In this document: one piece after another, positions 36,487 to 46,986 of the stretch
How the letters are laid out: each line of letters starts with the position of its first letter
How positions within the stretch are numbered: position 1 is the stretch's first letter
NCBI GenBank assembly: GCA_025361885.1
Contig: JANYJF010000026.1
Location: 1,762 to 65,761, forward strand
Length of the DNA stretch: 64,000 nt
Reading direction: 5' to 3'
Origin: Coriobacteriia bacterium
GTDB lineage: Bacteria; Actinomycetota; Coriobacteriia; Anaerosomatales; PALSA-660
Notes under the pieces: generated by a model
Databases searched by the model: none
What the model was told of the DNA's origin: nothing
What the model saw: only the letters and a program-made list of their open reading frames with translations
Translations under genes and position numbers: made by a program

Positions 36487-37095
36487 TCAGGGCGCCGCCA
36501 CCAGCGAATCGTCTCGTGCTTGCCGCAGCGCGCCTCGCAGCCTCTCCAGTCCCAGTTGGTAGTTCTCGGCGTCGCCGTACTCGAGGAAGCCCGGGTAGCG
36601 GTCGTGCGCCGCGACGATCCGACGAGCGTGCTTGATGGGACACCAGTACTGCTCGGTGCGCGCCGAGACCTCGCGGAAGTAGGCGGCGAGCCCGTTCCCG
36701 TATCCGCAATAGGCGCAGTTCAGCTTCTCCACCGCGTTGAGATAGGGAAGATCGCCGCGATCGAGGATCACGTAGTCGGAGCGCTTGGCCTTCTGGATGC
36801 CGTAGACGGGAAAGCAGAGGGTCTGGTAGACGAAGATGTACGCGTCGAGGAGGAGCATCGGAACCAAGCCGACATATATGAGCGGCGCCGTGAGCCACAT
36901 CAGCCATGACGCGCCGGTCACATAGCGGAGCAGCCCCGACCTCGACTGCCGCTGGAGCAGCGTGACCTCACGGCTGAATTGGATCCGTCGCTGACCGACG
37001 ACGAACTCGAAGTCATCGCGCTTCTTGTCGTACTCGGCCTGCATCTCTTCTTCGAGCACGCGGATCTGATCGATGAGCTCATCGATATGCGGCAC
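36487..37095 (-). CDS. Hypothetical two-TM protein with a conserved Cys/His C-terminal domain (202 aa)
   Basis: N-terminal coiled segment, two TM helices, then NCAYCGYGNG...YWCPIKHA. No family name recalled. Confidence 0.6.
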   Translation of the reverse strand: MPHIDELIDQIRVLEEEMQAEYDKKRDDFEFVVGQRRIQFSREVTLLQRQSRSGLLRYVTGASWLMWLTAPLIYVGLVPMLLLDAYIFVYQTLCFPVYGIQKAKRSDYVILDRGDLPYLNAVEKLNCAYCGYGNGLAAYFREVSARTEQYWCPIKHARRIVAAHDRYPGFLEYGDAENYQLGLERLRGALRQARDDSLVAAP

Positions 37096-37326
37096 GGTTC
37101 CCCGTTCTGTGTCGGTCCTGGGAAGGAACCCGGCGGAACGCGGAGTCCATCGAAGGGCTCGGCATTGGGCTCGTCGGCATCGGCGCCGACCTAGGCACTA
37201 CGCCCTGCCGGACTGCCTGTCAACTTCGCGAGAGAAGGGCTCCTTCGCCGCGTCTCTGGTACGCTGGCCGCTGGAACACCCCGTGCCGCGCCCGGATGGA
37301 CGCTCCACACCGACCAGGAGGCTGAC

Positions 37327-37821
37327 GTGCGAACAAGGATCATCCGCCTGACCCTGCTGACATCCCTCATCGCCATCGCTGTCGTGGCGACGAGCTGTTC
37401 GGCCCCGCCCACGCCCACCGTCTCGACACCGACAGCGCCGCCCCAGGCAGCAGCGCCGTCCGCGGCGCCTGCGTCACCCGGCGCGACCGCCCCGGTCACC
37501 GCCCTCAAGACCGTCGACAAGACGGTCGGCACCGGTGCCGCCGCCAAGGCCGGCGACCTCGTGACCGTCGACTACACCGGCTGGCTTAACGACGGCAAGA
37601 AGTTCGACTCGTCGATCGACGCGGGCAAGCCGTTCCAGTTCACGCTCGGGAAGGGTGAGGTCATCGCCGGATGGGACCAGGGTGTCGCCGGGATGCAGGT
37701 CGGCGGCGTGCGCATGCTGACCATCCCGCCGGACTTGGGCTACGGCTCGCAGGGAGCCGGCGGGGTCATCCCCCCGGGCGCGACACTCGTGTTCGAGGTC
37801 AAGCTGCTGAAGATCAACTAG
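37327..37821 (+). CDS. FKBP-type peptidyl-prolyl cis-trans isomerase lipoprotein (164 aa)
   Basis: Lipobox VATSC. FKBP_C core [15 protein letters not shown]...[13 protein letters not shown]...[11 protein letters not shown] start follows AGGAGG. Confidence 0.9.
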   Translation: MRTRIIRLTLLTSLIAIAVVATSCSAPPTPTVSTPTAPPQAAAPSAAPASPGATAPVTALKTVDKTVGTGAAAKAGDLVTVDYTGWLNDGKKFDSSIDAGKPFQFTLGKGEVIAGWDQGVAGMQVGGVRMLTIPPDLGYGSQGAGGVIPPGATLVFEVKLLKIN

Positions 37822-37850
37822 TCGCGGTCCTGAAACGTGGGGCTGCGCGC

Positions 37851-37880
37851 GGAAGGCCGGCCCGAGTGGGTCGGCCTTCC
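37851..37880. terminator. Hairpin between convergent FKBP and cytochrome b genes
   Basis: GGAAGGCCG...CGGCCTTCC, a 9-bp stem with an internal CCC/GGG extension. Confidence 0.5.
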
Positions 37881-37902
37881 ACGCGAACGGCGACGCCGAG
37901 GG

Positions 37903-39501
37903 TCAGCGCCCGCGCTCCACGCTCACGATCGCCGCGCTGCCCGAGATCACCACGATGGCGAGGCCGACGAGCGAGATCCAGAAGTACGTCTTCGGGACCA
38001 CGCCCGGCCGCGCTATCGCGGCACGGTCGACCCCGTTGAGCTGCATGATGTACGCCTCCAGGTCCGCGATCTGCGGCTGGGTCAGCGCGTTCGTGTTGCC
38101 GAACGACGGCATCTTCAGGCGCGGGCTCGCGTTCGGAGTGGACGTCGACTCACTGGGTACCGAGCCGTTCTGCAGGAAGGTGTCAAGGCCTGCGACGAAC
38201 GTCTGGCGCGTCTTGCCGGCCAGCGCAGGGTCGATCGGGTTGAGCGAGGGGACCTCTCCGTCGGCTGAGCCGGGGTTCTCGACGCCCTTCACGCCGCGCG
38301 CACCGTGACACTCTTGGCAGTACAGGACATAGAGCTCCTGGCCGTGCGCCGCGCCGCCTACCTGGTTGGATGCCAGACTCGGCCCCGGCCCCGGCGGGGT
38401 CGAGACGATCGAGGCTTCCGGGGTCGGTCCCGGAGGCCCGACGGGTGCGACGGCTGCGGGCGTGCTCGTCTGCGCGCCGAGGATCGACAAAGCGACGAGG
38501 GCGCCGCTCACGACCACGAAGATCGCGAGGACCGCCGGACGCTTCGCGGGAGAGCGCTCGGGCGAGCGATCGAGCCACGGCACGAGTAGCAGCAGCAGCG
38601 TGCCCAGTACCGGCACTCCGATCGTCCCGACCACTTCGAGCTGTCCCGGAAGGTACTTGAGCAGCTGGAAGATGAACAGGAACGGCCAGTCCGGACGGCC
38701 GACGTAACTTGCGTCGAGCGCGTCGGCGGGACCGGTCACCGGAGTCAGGAGGAACGCGCTCAAACCTACCAGGACCACGAGCACGACTGCGAACACGATG
38801 AGATCGCGCAGCACCTGGTCCGGGTAGAACGCCCCGGTCTTCGTCGATGGCCGGATGGGGCCGGCGGCGCCCTCTTTGCGGAACGTGATGAGGTGCAGTG
38901 CGATGATGGAGCCGATGAGCAGCGGGATGACCGCGATGTGCAGGCCGAAGAAGCGCGTGATGGTGAGCTGGCCCACGATCGTGCCGCCGAAGACGACGTC
39001 TCGCAGCCAGCCGCCGACAAGCGGAACGCTCCCGATGATGCCCGCCCCGACCCGCGCCGCCCAGTAGCCCTTCTCGTCCCAGGCGAGCGGGTTGCCCGTG
39101 TACGTGGCCGCGAGCGTGCCGAGCAGGAGCAGGACTCCGAGGATCCAGGTCATCTCGCGGGGCTTCTTGAAGGCGCCCCACAGGAACACCTGTACGAGGT
39201 GGAGCAGCGCGAGCACGACCATGAGTGTCGCCGCCCAGTAGTGCAAGCCGTGCACGAGCCATCCGAACGGGACTTGGAAGCGCAGGTAGTTGACCGATGC
39301 GTACGCCGCCGCGGTCGTGGGTGCGTAGAAGAACAGCTGCACGACACCGGTCACGGCGAGCACCAGGAACGTCAGCAGCGTCGCGCTGCCGAGTGCGTAC
39401 ACGAACTTGGCGCCGCCGGGAACCTCCTCGTCGAGCATCCCACGCAGCGTCCGCCCGATCGGGAGGCGGCTTTCGAACCAGTCTCCGAAACGCGACATCA
39501 T
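37903..39501 (-). CDS. Cytochrome b / subunit IV / monoheme cytochrome c fusion protein of a bc-type complex (532 aa)
   Basis: Cytochrome b6-like N-terminus with paired His helices (HGLHYWAATLMVVLALLH; GLHIAVIPLLIGSIIALH). Subunit-IV-like PDWPFLFIFQLLK. C-terminal class I cytochrome c (CQECH with a distal MPSF) followed by a final TM. GGGAGGG RBS. Confidence 0.85.
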   Translation of the reverse strand: MMSRFGDWFESRLPIGRTLRGMLDEEVPGGAKFVYALGSATLLTFLVLAVTGVVQLFFYAPTTAAAYASVNYLRFQVPFGWLVHGLHYWAATLMVVLALLHLVQVFLWGAFKKPREMTWILGVLLLLGTLAATYTGNPLAWDEKGYWAARVGAGIIGSVPLVGGWLRDVVFGGTIVGQLTITRFFGLHIAVIPLLIGSIIALHLITFRKEGAAGPIRPSTKTGAFYPDQVLRDLIVFAVVLVVLVGLSAFLLTPVTGPADALDASYVGRPDWPFLFIFQLLKYLPGQLEVVGTIGVPVLGTLLLLLVPWLDRSPERSPAKRPAVLAIFVVVSGALVALSILGAQTSTPAAVAPVGPPGPTPEASIVSTPPGPGPSLASNQVGGAAHGQELYVLYCQECHGARGVKGVENPGSADGEVPSLNPIDPALAGKTRQTFVAGLDTFLQNGSVPSESTSTPNASPRLKMPSFGNTNALTQPQIADLEAYIMQLNGVDRAAIARPGVVPKTYFWISLVGLAIVVISGSAAIVSVERGR

Positions 39502-39509
39502 GACCCTCC

Positions 39510-40037
39510 CTAGACCGGCGTCTTCGCGGTCGTGCCTGGCGTGAAGTCGACCCACCGAACCGACAGGATGCCATCCTTGATCTTGGTCGGCAGCGTGTCG
39601 AGCGGGCGCGGCGCCGGTCCGCTCACGACGGCGCCATCCTTGGTGAACACGCTGTTGTGGCATGGGCAGACGAAGTGCCGAGCGCCCTTGTCCCAGAACA
39701 CCTGGCAGCCCAGGTGAGTGCACACTGGCGAGAAGACGATCGGGTCGCCGGTCCCGGTCTTCACTACCCAAACGGTGTGCGGCAGCTGCTCCGCGTTGTA
39801 TCCGTCGATCGACTCGGCCAAGAACGTCAGGCCGACGGGCTCTCCGTCCGGAAGGTCGGCCAGCTTGCCGACATCGACGAACTCGTTGGGCGCCGCACTT
39901 CGCGGCGTGGCGAGAAGTGCGCCTATCTGCGGAACGCCCGCCACGAGCGCCACGACTCCCGCGCCGAGACCGAGTGTCCAGCCGACGAACCCTCTGCGCG
40001 AAACGACCGCCTGATCAGACCGCTCCTGAGCAGCCAT
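39510..40037 (-). CDS. Rieske [2Fe-2S] subunit with a Tat signal (175 aa)
   Basis: SRRGFVGWTLGLGAG twin-arginine signal. Rieske boxes CTHLGC and CPCH. GGGAGG RBS. Confidence 0.9.
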   Translation of the reverse strand: MAAQERSDQAVVSRRGFVGWTLGLGAGVVALVAGVPQIGALLATPRSAAPNEFVDVGKLADLPDGEPVGLTFLAESIDGYNAEQLPHTVWVVKTGTGDPIVFSPVCTHLGCQVFWDKGARHFVCPCHNSVFTKDGAVVSGPAPRPLDTLPTKIKDGILSVRWVDFTPGTTAKTPV

Positions 40038-40308
40038 ACGAGCCTCCCTCGTCCAGCCGCCGGAAAGGATTCGCGGGGGCGTTCCTCCCACGGCGGGCGA
40101 AAGCTGTCGCAAATCCATTCCCCCCCACAGACCACCCCGAAACCATGCGCAGACTCGCCCGCACCGGGTGGAGGGGCGACCGAGCCGCCCTCGCCGCTGC
40201 CACGCCGCTCGGCGCCTGCCCTTTGCATCGCTGCATCGTGGAGACCATCATCGGCGTGGGAATGAGTTCCCACGAGGCGGACGCAGCGCGACGGAACAGG
40301 CGGCAGAC

Positions 40309-42588
<2,280 letters not shown>

Positions 42589-42669
42589 CCGCTCTTAGAC
42601 GGTCACAGGGTAAGAACGCACGGGACGCCGGCGTTGGCGCGGGCGCGGTCAGCAATCAGGAGGTCGGTC

Positions 42670-42987
42670 ATGGCGGACGTGACAGTCCAGTTTACCAAGG
42701 ACAACACGATGAAGTGCCTGTGCGGACGGTGCCCCGTCCAGGCCGAGAGCGTCTGCGTCGCAGACAAGAGCCTCGCCCTGGCGGAGGCAATGAAGGCGGA
42801 CGGCGAGTCGATGCCGATGCCTTCCGGGGCCGACGTTCCGGGAGTCTACTGCGCCACTGGTGTTGCGGCCTGCAACGACTTGGACGTCTCGCAGACGTGC
42901 ATCTGCATGCAATGTCTCGTCTATGGCGAGGGCGGCCTCCAAGGTTGGAAGTACTGCGAGCGCGGGAGCGCGGCCGAGGTCGGCTGA
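42670..42987 (+). CDS. Cys-rich DUF2769-like small protein (105 aa)
   Basis: KCLCGRCP...YCATG..AC.D...CICMQC..Y....L..WKYC.RGSA pattern. AGGAGG RBS. Confidence 0.65.
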   Translation: MADVTVQFTKDNTMKCLCGRCPVQAESVCVADKSLALAEAMKADGESMPMPSGADVPGVYCATGVAACNDLDVSQTCICMQCLVYGEGGLQGWKYCERGSAAEVG

Positions 42988-43517
42988 TGCGCCGGATCGT
43001 GCTCTACGTCGCGGTCAGCCTCGATGGCTGCATCGCTCGGGCAGACGGCAGTCTCGACTGGCTGGATGCCGCCGCGCTGCCCGGTGAGGACTACGGCTAC
43101 GGGGAGTTCTTGGCGAGCGTCGACGCGCTGCTCGTCGGCGGAGTGACGTTCCGGCAGCTTCTGGGGTTCGGCGAGTATCCCTACGCCGGCAAGCGCGTCT
43201 ACGTATTCACACGTCAGGGGCCGGTCGAGGTTCCCGAGGGTGCGGACGCCGAGTTCGTGGACATCGACCCCGCTGTGATGGCGCGTCGCCTGAAGGAGGA
43301 GCCGGGCGACGACATCTGGCTGGTGGGGGGCTCCGCGGTCATCCGTCCGGTCATGGACGCCGGCTTGGTCGATGAGATCATCCTGTCGGTGATCCCGGTC
43401 GTTCTCGGAGATGGGATCCCGCTGTTCGCGGCCGGCACCCTCGAGAAGCGATTCGAGCTCCTCGACGAGCGGTCATATCCCGGCGGGATCGTCCAGCTGC
43501 GCTACCGGCCGAGCTGA
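42987..43517 (+). CDS. Dihydrofolate-reductase-like (RibD C-terminal domain) family protein (176 aa)
   Basis: RIVLYVAVSLDGCIA...DWL...LVGGVTF...WLVGGSAV typical pattern. TGATG overlap with the upstream gene. Confidence 0.8.
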   Translation: MRRIVLYVAVSLDGCIARADGSLDWLDAAALPGEDYGYGEFLASVDALLVGGVTFRQLLGFGEYPYAGKRVYVFTRQGPVEVPEGADAEFVDIDPAVMARRLKEEPGDDIWLVGGSAVIRPVMDAGLVDEIILSVIPVVLGDGIPLFAAGTLEKRFELLDERSYPGGIVQLRYRPS

Positions 43518-43642
43518 CCGGCGCGGGCCGGGAGCGGCTCACGCTGCCATCGAGAGCGCAGTGCTGGCGGCGAATGGCCCGGCTCGCCCTCGTGGGGATA
43601 CACTTCTCCCGTCCGATGTAGCGGTCACGAGCGAGGTGAGCC

Positions 43643-44377
43643 ATGCCATCCGTACTGGTCGTCGATGACGAAGCCAACATCCGCGAACTGGTCGCGGTCT
43701 ACTTCACCGCCGCGGGATTCGCCGTCACGCAGGCCGAGGACGGCCCCTCGGGGCTCGCGGCGGTGCTCGACGCGGACGCCTCCCCCGACCTCGTGGTCCT
43801 GGACATCAACCTGCCCGGTATGGATGGCCGCGAGGTGTGCCGCCGGATCCGTGAGCACTCGTCCGTTCCAGTGATCATGCTCACCGCCAAGCACGGCGAC
43901 CTCGACAAGGTCGGCATGCTCGAGGGTGGCGCGGACGACTACGTGACAAAGCCGTTCTCGCCGCCGGAACTCGTCGCCCGCGCACGCGCGATTCTGCGCC
44001 GCATGGCCGAAGTCCCGCCGCAAGCCATCGTCGCCAGCAGACCCCCGCCTTCGCCGTCGAGTCCGCCGGTGATCGCGATCGGCGGTCTTCGCATCGATCC
44101 GGCCATGCGCGAAGTCGAGGTCGACGGCCGCAACGTGGAGCTCACGTCGAAGGAGTTCGACCTGCTCGCCGCGATGGCCGCCGAGCCGGGCGTCGTCTTC
44201 TCGCGCGACAAACTGCTCGAGGCCGCGTGGGGCTTCGCGGAATACGTCGATCCCCGCGGCATCGACGTGCACGTGCGCCATCTTCGCAAGAAGCTCGGTG
44301 ACGACGCGGCCGCACCCCGGTTCGTCGAGACCGTGCGCTCGGTCGGCTACCGGGTGCGCAGGGAGTCCTCGCGATGA
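43643..44377 (+). CDS. OmpR-family response regulator (244 aa)
   Basis: Receiver domain (VLVVDDE, DLVVLDINLPGMDG, K in VTKPF). Winged-helix output LTSKEFDLL...TVRSVGYR, with an unusual Pro-rich linker. Confidence 0.9.
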   Translation: MPSVLVVDDEANIRELVAVYFTAAGFAVTQAEDGPSGLAAVLDADASPDLVVLDINLPGMDGREVCRRIREHSSVPVIMLTAKHGDLDKVGMLEGGADDYVTKPFSPPELVARARAILRRMAEVPPQAIVASRPPPSPSSPPVIAIGGLRIDPAMREVEVDGRNVELTSKEFDLLAAMAAEPGVVFSRDKLLEAAWGFAEYVDPRGIDVHVRHLRKKLGDDAAAPRFVETVRSVGYRVRRESSR

Positions 44378-45840
44378 GTCCCGGGAGCTCGGCGACCGGA
44401 CCTGCGACGTTCGCGGTCCCGCGCGCCCGCCGCCCGGCCACCCTGGCCTCCCGTACTCGGGCCGCGATGGTCGCGGTCGCCGCGCTGTCCGTGCTCGTCG
44501 TGTTCGCTGTTTTCTACGCGGCCTGGAGCGTCTACACGATCACCTTGAGGCGCACAGAGCTGGCGAAGCAGGTCAAGGTCATCGCGACGGGCATCGCCAC
44601 GAGCCCCGGGCTTCCCGGCGGCGCGGAGGACCCGGGCGGCCTGCGCGAGAGGCTCATGAAGGTCGAGGCCGGCCTCATCGGCGCCAGGCTCGTGCTCACC
44701 GACGCCGGCGGCCGTGTCACTTTCGCGACGAGCGGCTCCGGCAGGGAGACCTTTCCCGTGGCGAGGTTGGCGCCGCGGGCCGGCTCGCCTGTCACGACCG
44801 TCGAGAGCATCGCCGGCGCCGGACGCCTGCTGCTGGTCGCCGTGAGGCTTCCGAAAGCGACGGGCGCATCCTACCTGGTGGCATCGCAGCCTCTTCGCGA
44901 GATCAACCAAGCCCGCCTGCCGGCCGTCTACCTGTTCATGATCTCGGCGCTCGTCGCGCTCGTCGCCGCTTGGTTGGCCGGGAACTGGCTCGCGCGCCGC
45001 ATCACCGGACCGATCGTGCGTCTCCGCGGTGCTGCCGAGGCGGTCACGGCCGGGGACTGGGGACACCAGGTGCCGGTCGAAGGCGAGGAGGAGGTCGCGG
45101 CCCTGGCCGAGTCGTTCAACGAGATGTCCGCTCGGGTCGCGGACGCCTACGCAGCGCAGAGGGACTTCGTCGGCGACGTCTCTCACGAGCTGAGGACCCC
45201 GATCACATCCATCCAGGGCTTCGCCGGCGCTTTGACCGACGGGACGGTGACTGGCGAAGAGGAGCGTGAGCGCTTCCTGGGCGTGATCCGCGACGAGGCC
45301 GCGCGGCTCGCGGAACTGACCGCGACACTGCTCGCTCTCGCGGACCTGGACACAGGAAACACGAGCATTGTCGGCACTCCGGTCGCCGCGCCGGCGCTGG
45401 CCGAGGTGTTGCGCTCGCGCTACGCGCCACTCGCCCGGGCCGCTGGCGTGACGCTGGAAGTCGCGGACCTGACAGGTACGCCCGCGGGCGACGAGCAGCG
45501 TCTGCTGCAGGCGATCGCGGCCCTCGTCGACAATGCGCTCGCCCACACCCCCGCCGGAGGCACGGTCCGGGTGTCCACCGCCGTCGCGCCCCCGGGACGG
45601 TGGCGCCTGCTCGTCGATGACTCCGGTCCGGGCATCCCGCTCGAGAAGCGCGACGAGGTGTTCCGGAGGTTTGTGCGCCTCGATCCCTCCCGGTCGAAGC
45701 GGGCCGGTGGATCCGGCCTGGGGCTCGCGATCTGTCGCCGCCTGGTCGAGCTCATGGGCGGTCGCGTGTGGGCGGAGGCGGGGGAGCTGGGCGGTGCACG
45801 ATTCGTCGTGGAGCTCCCGTCGTGGGCGAACCAAGCGTGA
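44374..45840 (+). CDS. Membrane sensor histidine kinase (HAMP-HisKA-HATPase, 488 aa)
   Basis: Two TM segments flanking about 150 aa of extracytoplasmic region. H-box VSHELRTPITS. GSGLGLAI G2 box. 4-nt overlap with the response regulator gene. Confidence 0.9.
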   Translation: MSPGSSATGPATFAVPRARRPATLASRTRAAMVAVAALSVLVVFAVFYAAWSVYTITLRRTELAKQVKVIATGIATSPGLPGGAEDPGGLRERLMKVEAGLIGARLVLTDAGGRVTFATSGSGRETFPVARLAPRAGSPVTTVESIAGAGRLLLVAVRLPKATGASYLVASQPLREINQARLPAVYLFMISALVALVAAWLAGNWLARRITGPIVRLRGAAEAVTAGDWGHQVPVEGEEEVAALAESFNEMSARVADAYAAQRDFVGDVSHELRTPITSIQGFAGALTDGTVTGEEERERFLGVIRDEAARLAELTATLLALADLDTGNTSIVGTPVAAPALAEVLRSRYAPLARAAGVTLEVADLTGTPAGDEQRLLQAIAALVDNALAHTPAGGTVRVSTAVAPPGRWRLLVDDSGPGIPLEKRDEVFRRFVRLDPSRSKRAGGSGLGLAICRRLVELMGGRVWAEAGELGGARFVVELPSWANQA

Positions 45841-45980
45841 TCGCTCTTCGCGACGCCCTTGTCCCGTCGCCCGAACCAACCGAAACTCAACACGTACGCA
45901 ACACGCTTCCAACCGGAGGGGTCGACAGTCATGGTGTCGGCGAAGAATGCCGGCAGCGTATAGACAAGGACCTCTAGGGA

Positions 45981-46571
45981 GTGATCGAGATGAAGACATC
46001 GAACAAGCTGGTCAGGGCCGCTCTGGCCGTCGGCGTGGCCGTCGCGCTGGCAACGCCGGCTGTCGCGATAGCGGCTCCGCCCACCAAGATGCCGGTCGGC
46101 CTCCGCTCCACAGCGACCGGGGCCACCACCGCGGCCAACAAGACCGCGAACCAGGCTGCCAGGCTCAAGCTGCTCAAGGACCGCATCGAGATGGTCCTGC
46201 GCATCCGCAAGGCCCGCTTCGACTTCGCCGCGGACAGGATCAATAGCAACATCAACCGCGTGGCATCGCTCGCCGGACGAGTCCAGTCCAAAGGTGGAGA
46301 CGTCAGCGGCGTGATGAGCAAGCTCGAGGCCGCGCGCTCCGCTCTCGCGGCAGCCAAGAGCGAAGAGGCGCAGGCCGTCACGCTCTTCCGCGCGATCCCC
46401 AACGCGACTGACAAGCGTGCCGCTTGGCAGGCCGCGGTCGCCCAAGGCAAGACCGCCGGTGCGTCCCTCAAGACGGCCCGTCAGGATCTGAAGGACGCCG
46501 GACAGGCGCTCAGAGCGGTCATCCAGGCGCTCAAGGCGTCGGCTGCCGCCGGATCGACCGGTACCCTCTAG
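45981..46571 (+). CDS. Secreted Ala-rich alpha-helical hypothetical protein (196 aa)
   Basis: Signal peptide KLVRAALAVGVAVALATPAVAIAAP. The remainder looks like a low-complexity helical bundle. No family recognised. Confidence 0.6.
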   Translation: MIEMKTSNKLVRAALAVGVAVALATPAVAIAAPPTKMPVGLRSTATGATTAANKTANQAARLKLLKDRIEMVLRIRKARFDFAADRINSNINRVASLAGRVQSKGGDVSGVMSKLEAARSALAAAKSEEAQAVTLFRAIPNATDKRAAWQAAVAQGKTAGASLKTARQDLKDAGQALRAVIQALKASAAAGSTGTL

Positions 46572-46885
46572 TGGACGTCTCCGCGAAGACCGCGGTGATG
46601 GTGACCGCCGCCCTTCTGGCGGCGGTCACCATCACCGGCTGCGGTGTTCGCGGGGGCGCCGCCATCGGGCCGCGGACTCCGGCCGCCGCATCCATCGCGG
46701 CGACCACGACGCAGACTCCAGCTGCCGCGGCAGGCGCGCAGGTACCGGCTGCGACCTCCAATGGGCTCGTCGACTCGGACCTCCAGTCACTGAACAAGGA
46801 GCTCGACGCCATGCAGAAGGAGATAGACGGCCTGAACATGCCGAGCGAGTCTGACTACAGCGGAGCCGCGGACGCCGTGTACTGA
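46571..46885 (+). CDS. Small lipoprotein, hypothetical (104 aa)
   Basis: Lipobox AVTITGC. GTG at 46571 overlaps the upstream stop; an ATG at 46598 is an alternative. C-terminal short coiled segment. Confidence 0.55.
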   Translation: MDVSAKTAVMVTAALLAAVTITGCGVRGGAAIGPRTPAAASIAATTTQTPAAAAGAQVPAATSNGLVDSDLQSLNKELDAMQKEIDGLNMPSESDYSGAADAVY

Positions 46886-46906
46886 TTACTCGTCCGAGGT
46901 CACTGC

Positions 46907-46951
46907 GAATCGAAGGGGGCGGGCCCGCACCGGGCCCGCCCCCTTCGATTC
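46907..46951. terminator. Bidirectional terminator: 21-bp perfect GC-rich hairpin
   Basis: GAATCGAAGGGGGCGGGCCCG-cac-CGGGCCCGCCCCCTTCGATTC, between convergent gene ends at 46885 and 46987. Confidence 0.7.
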
Positions 46952-46986
46952 TCTGTCGCAGCCCTCGTCTCGGCCGCCGGATGTCG

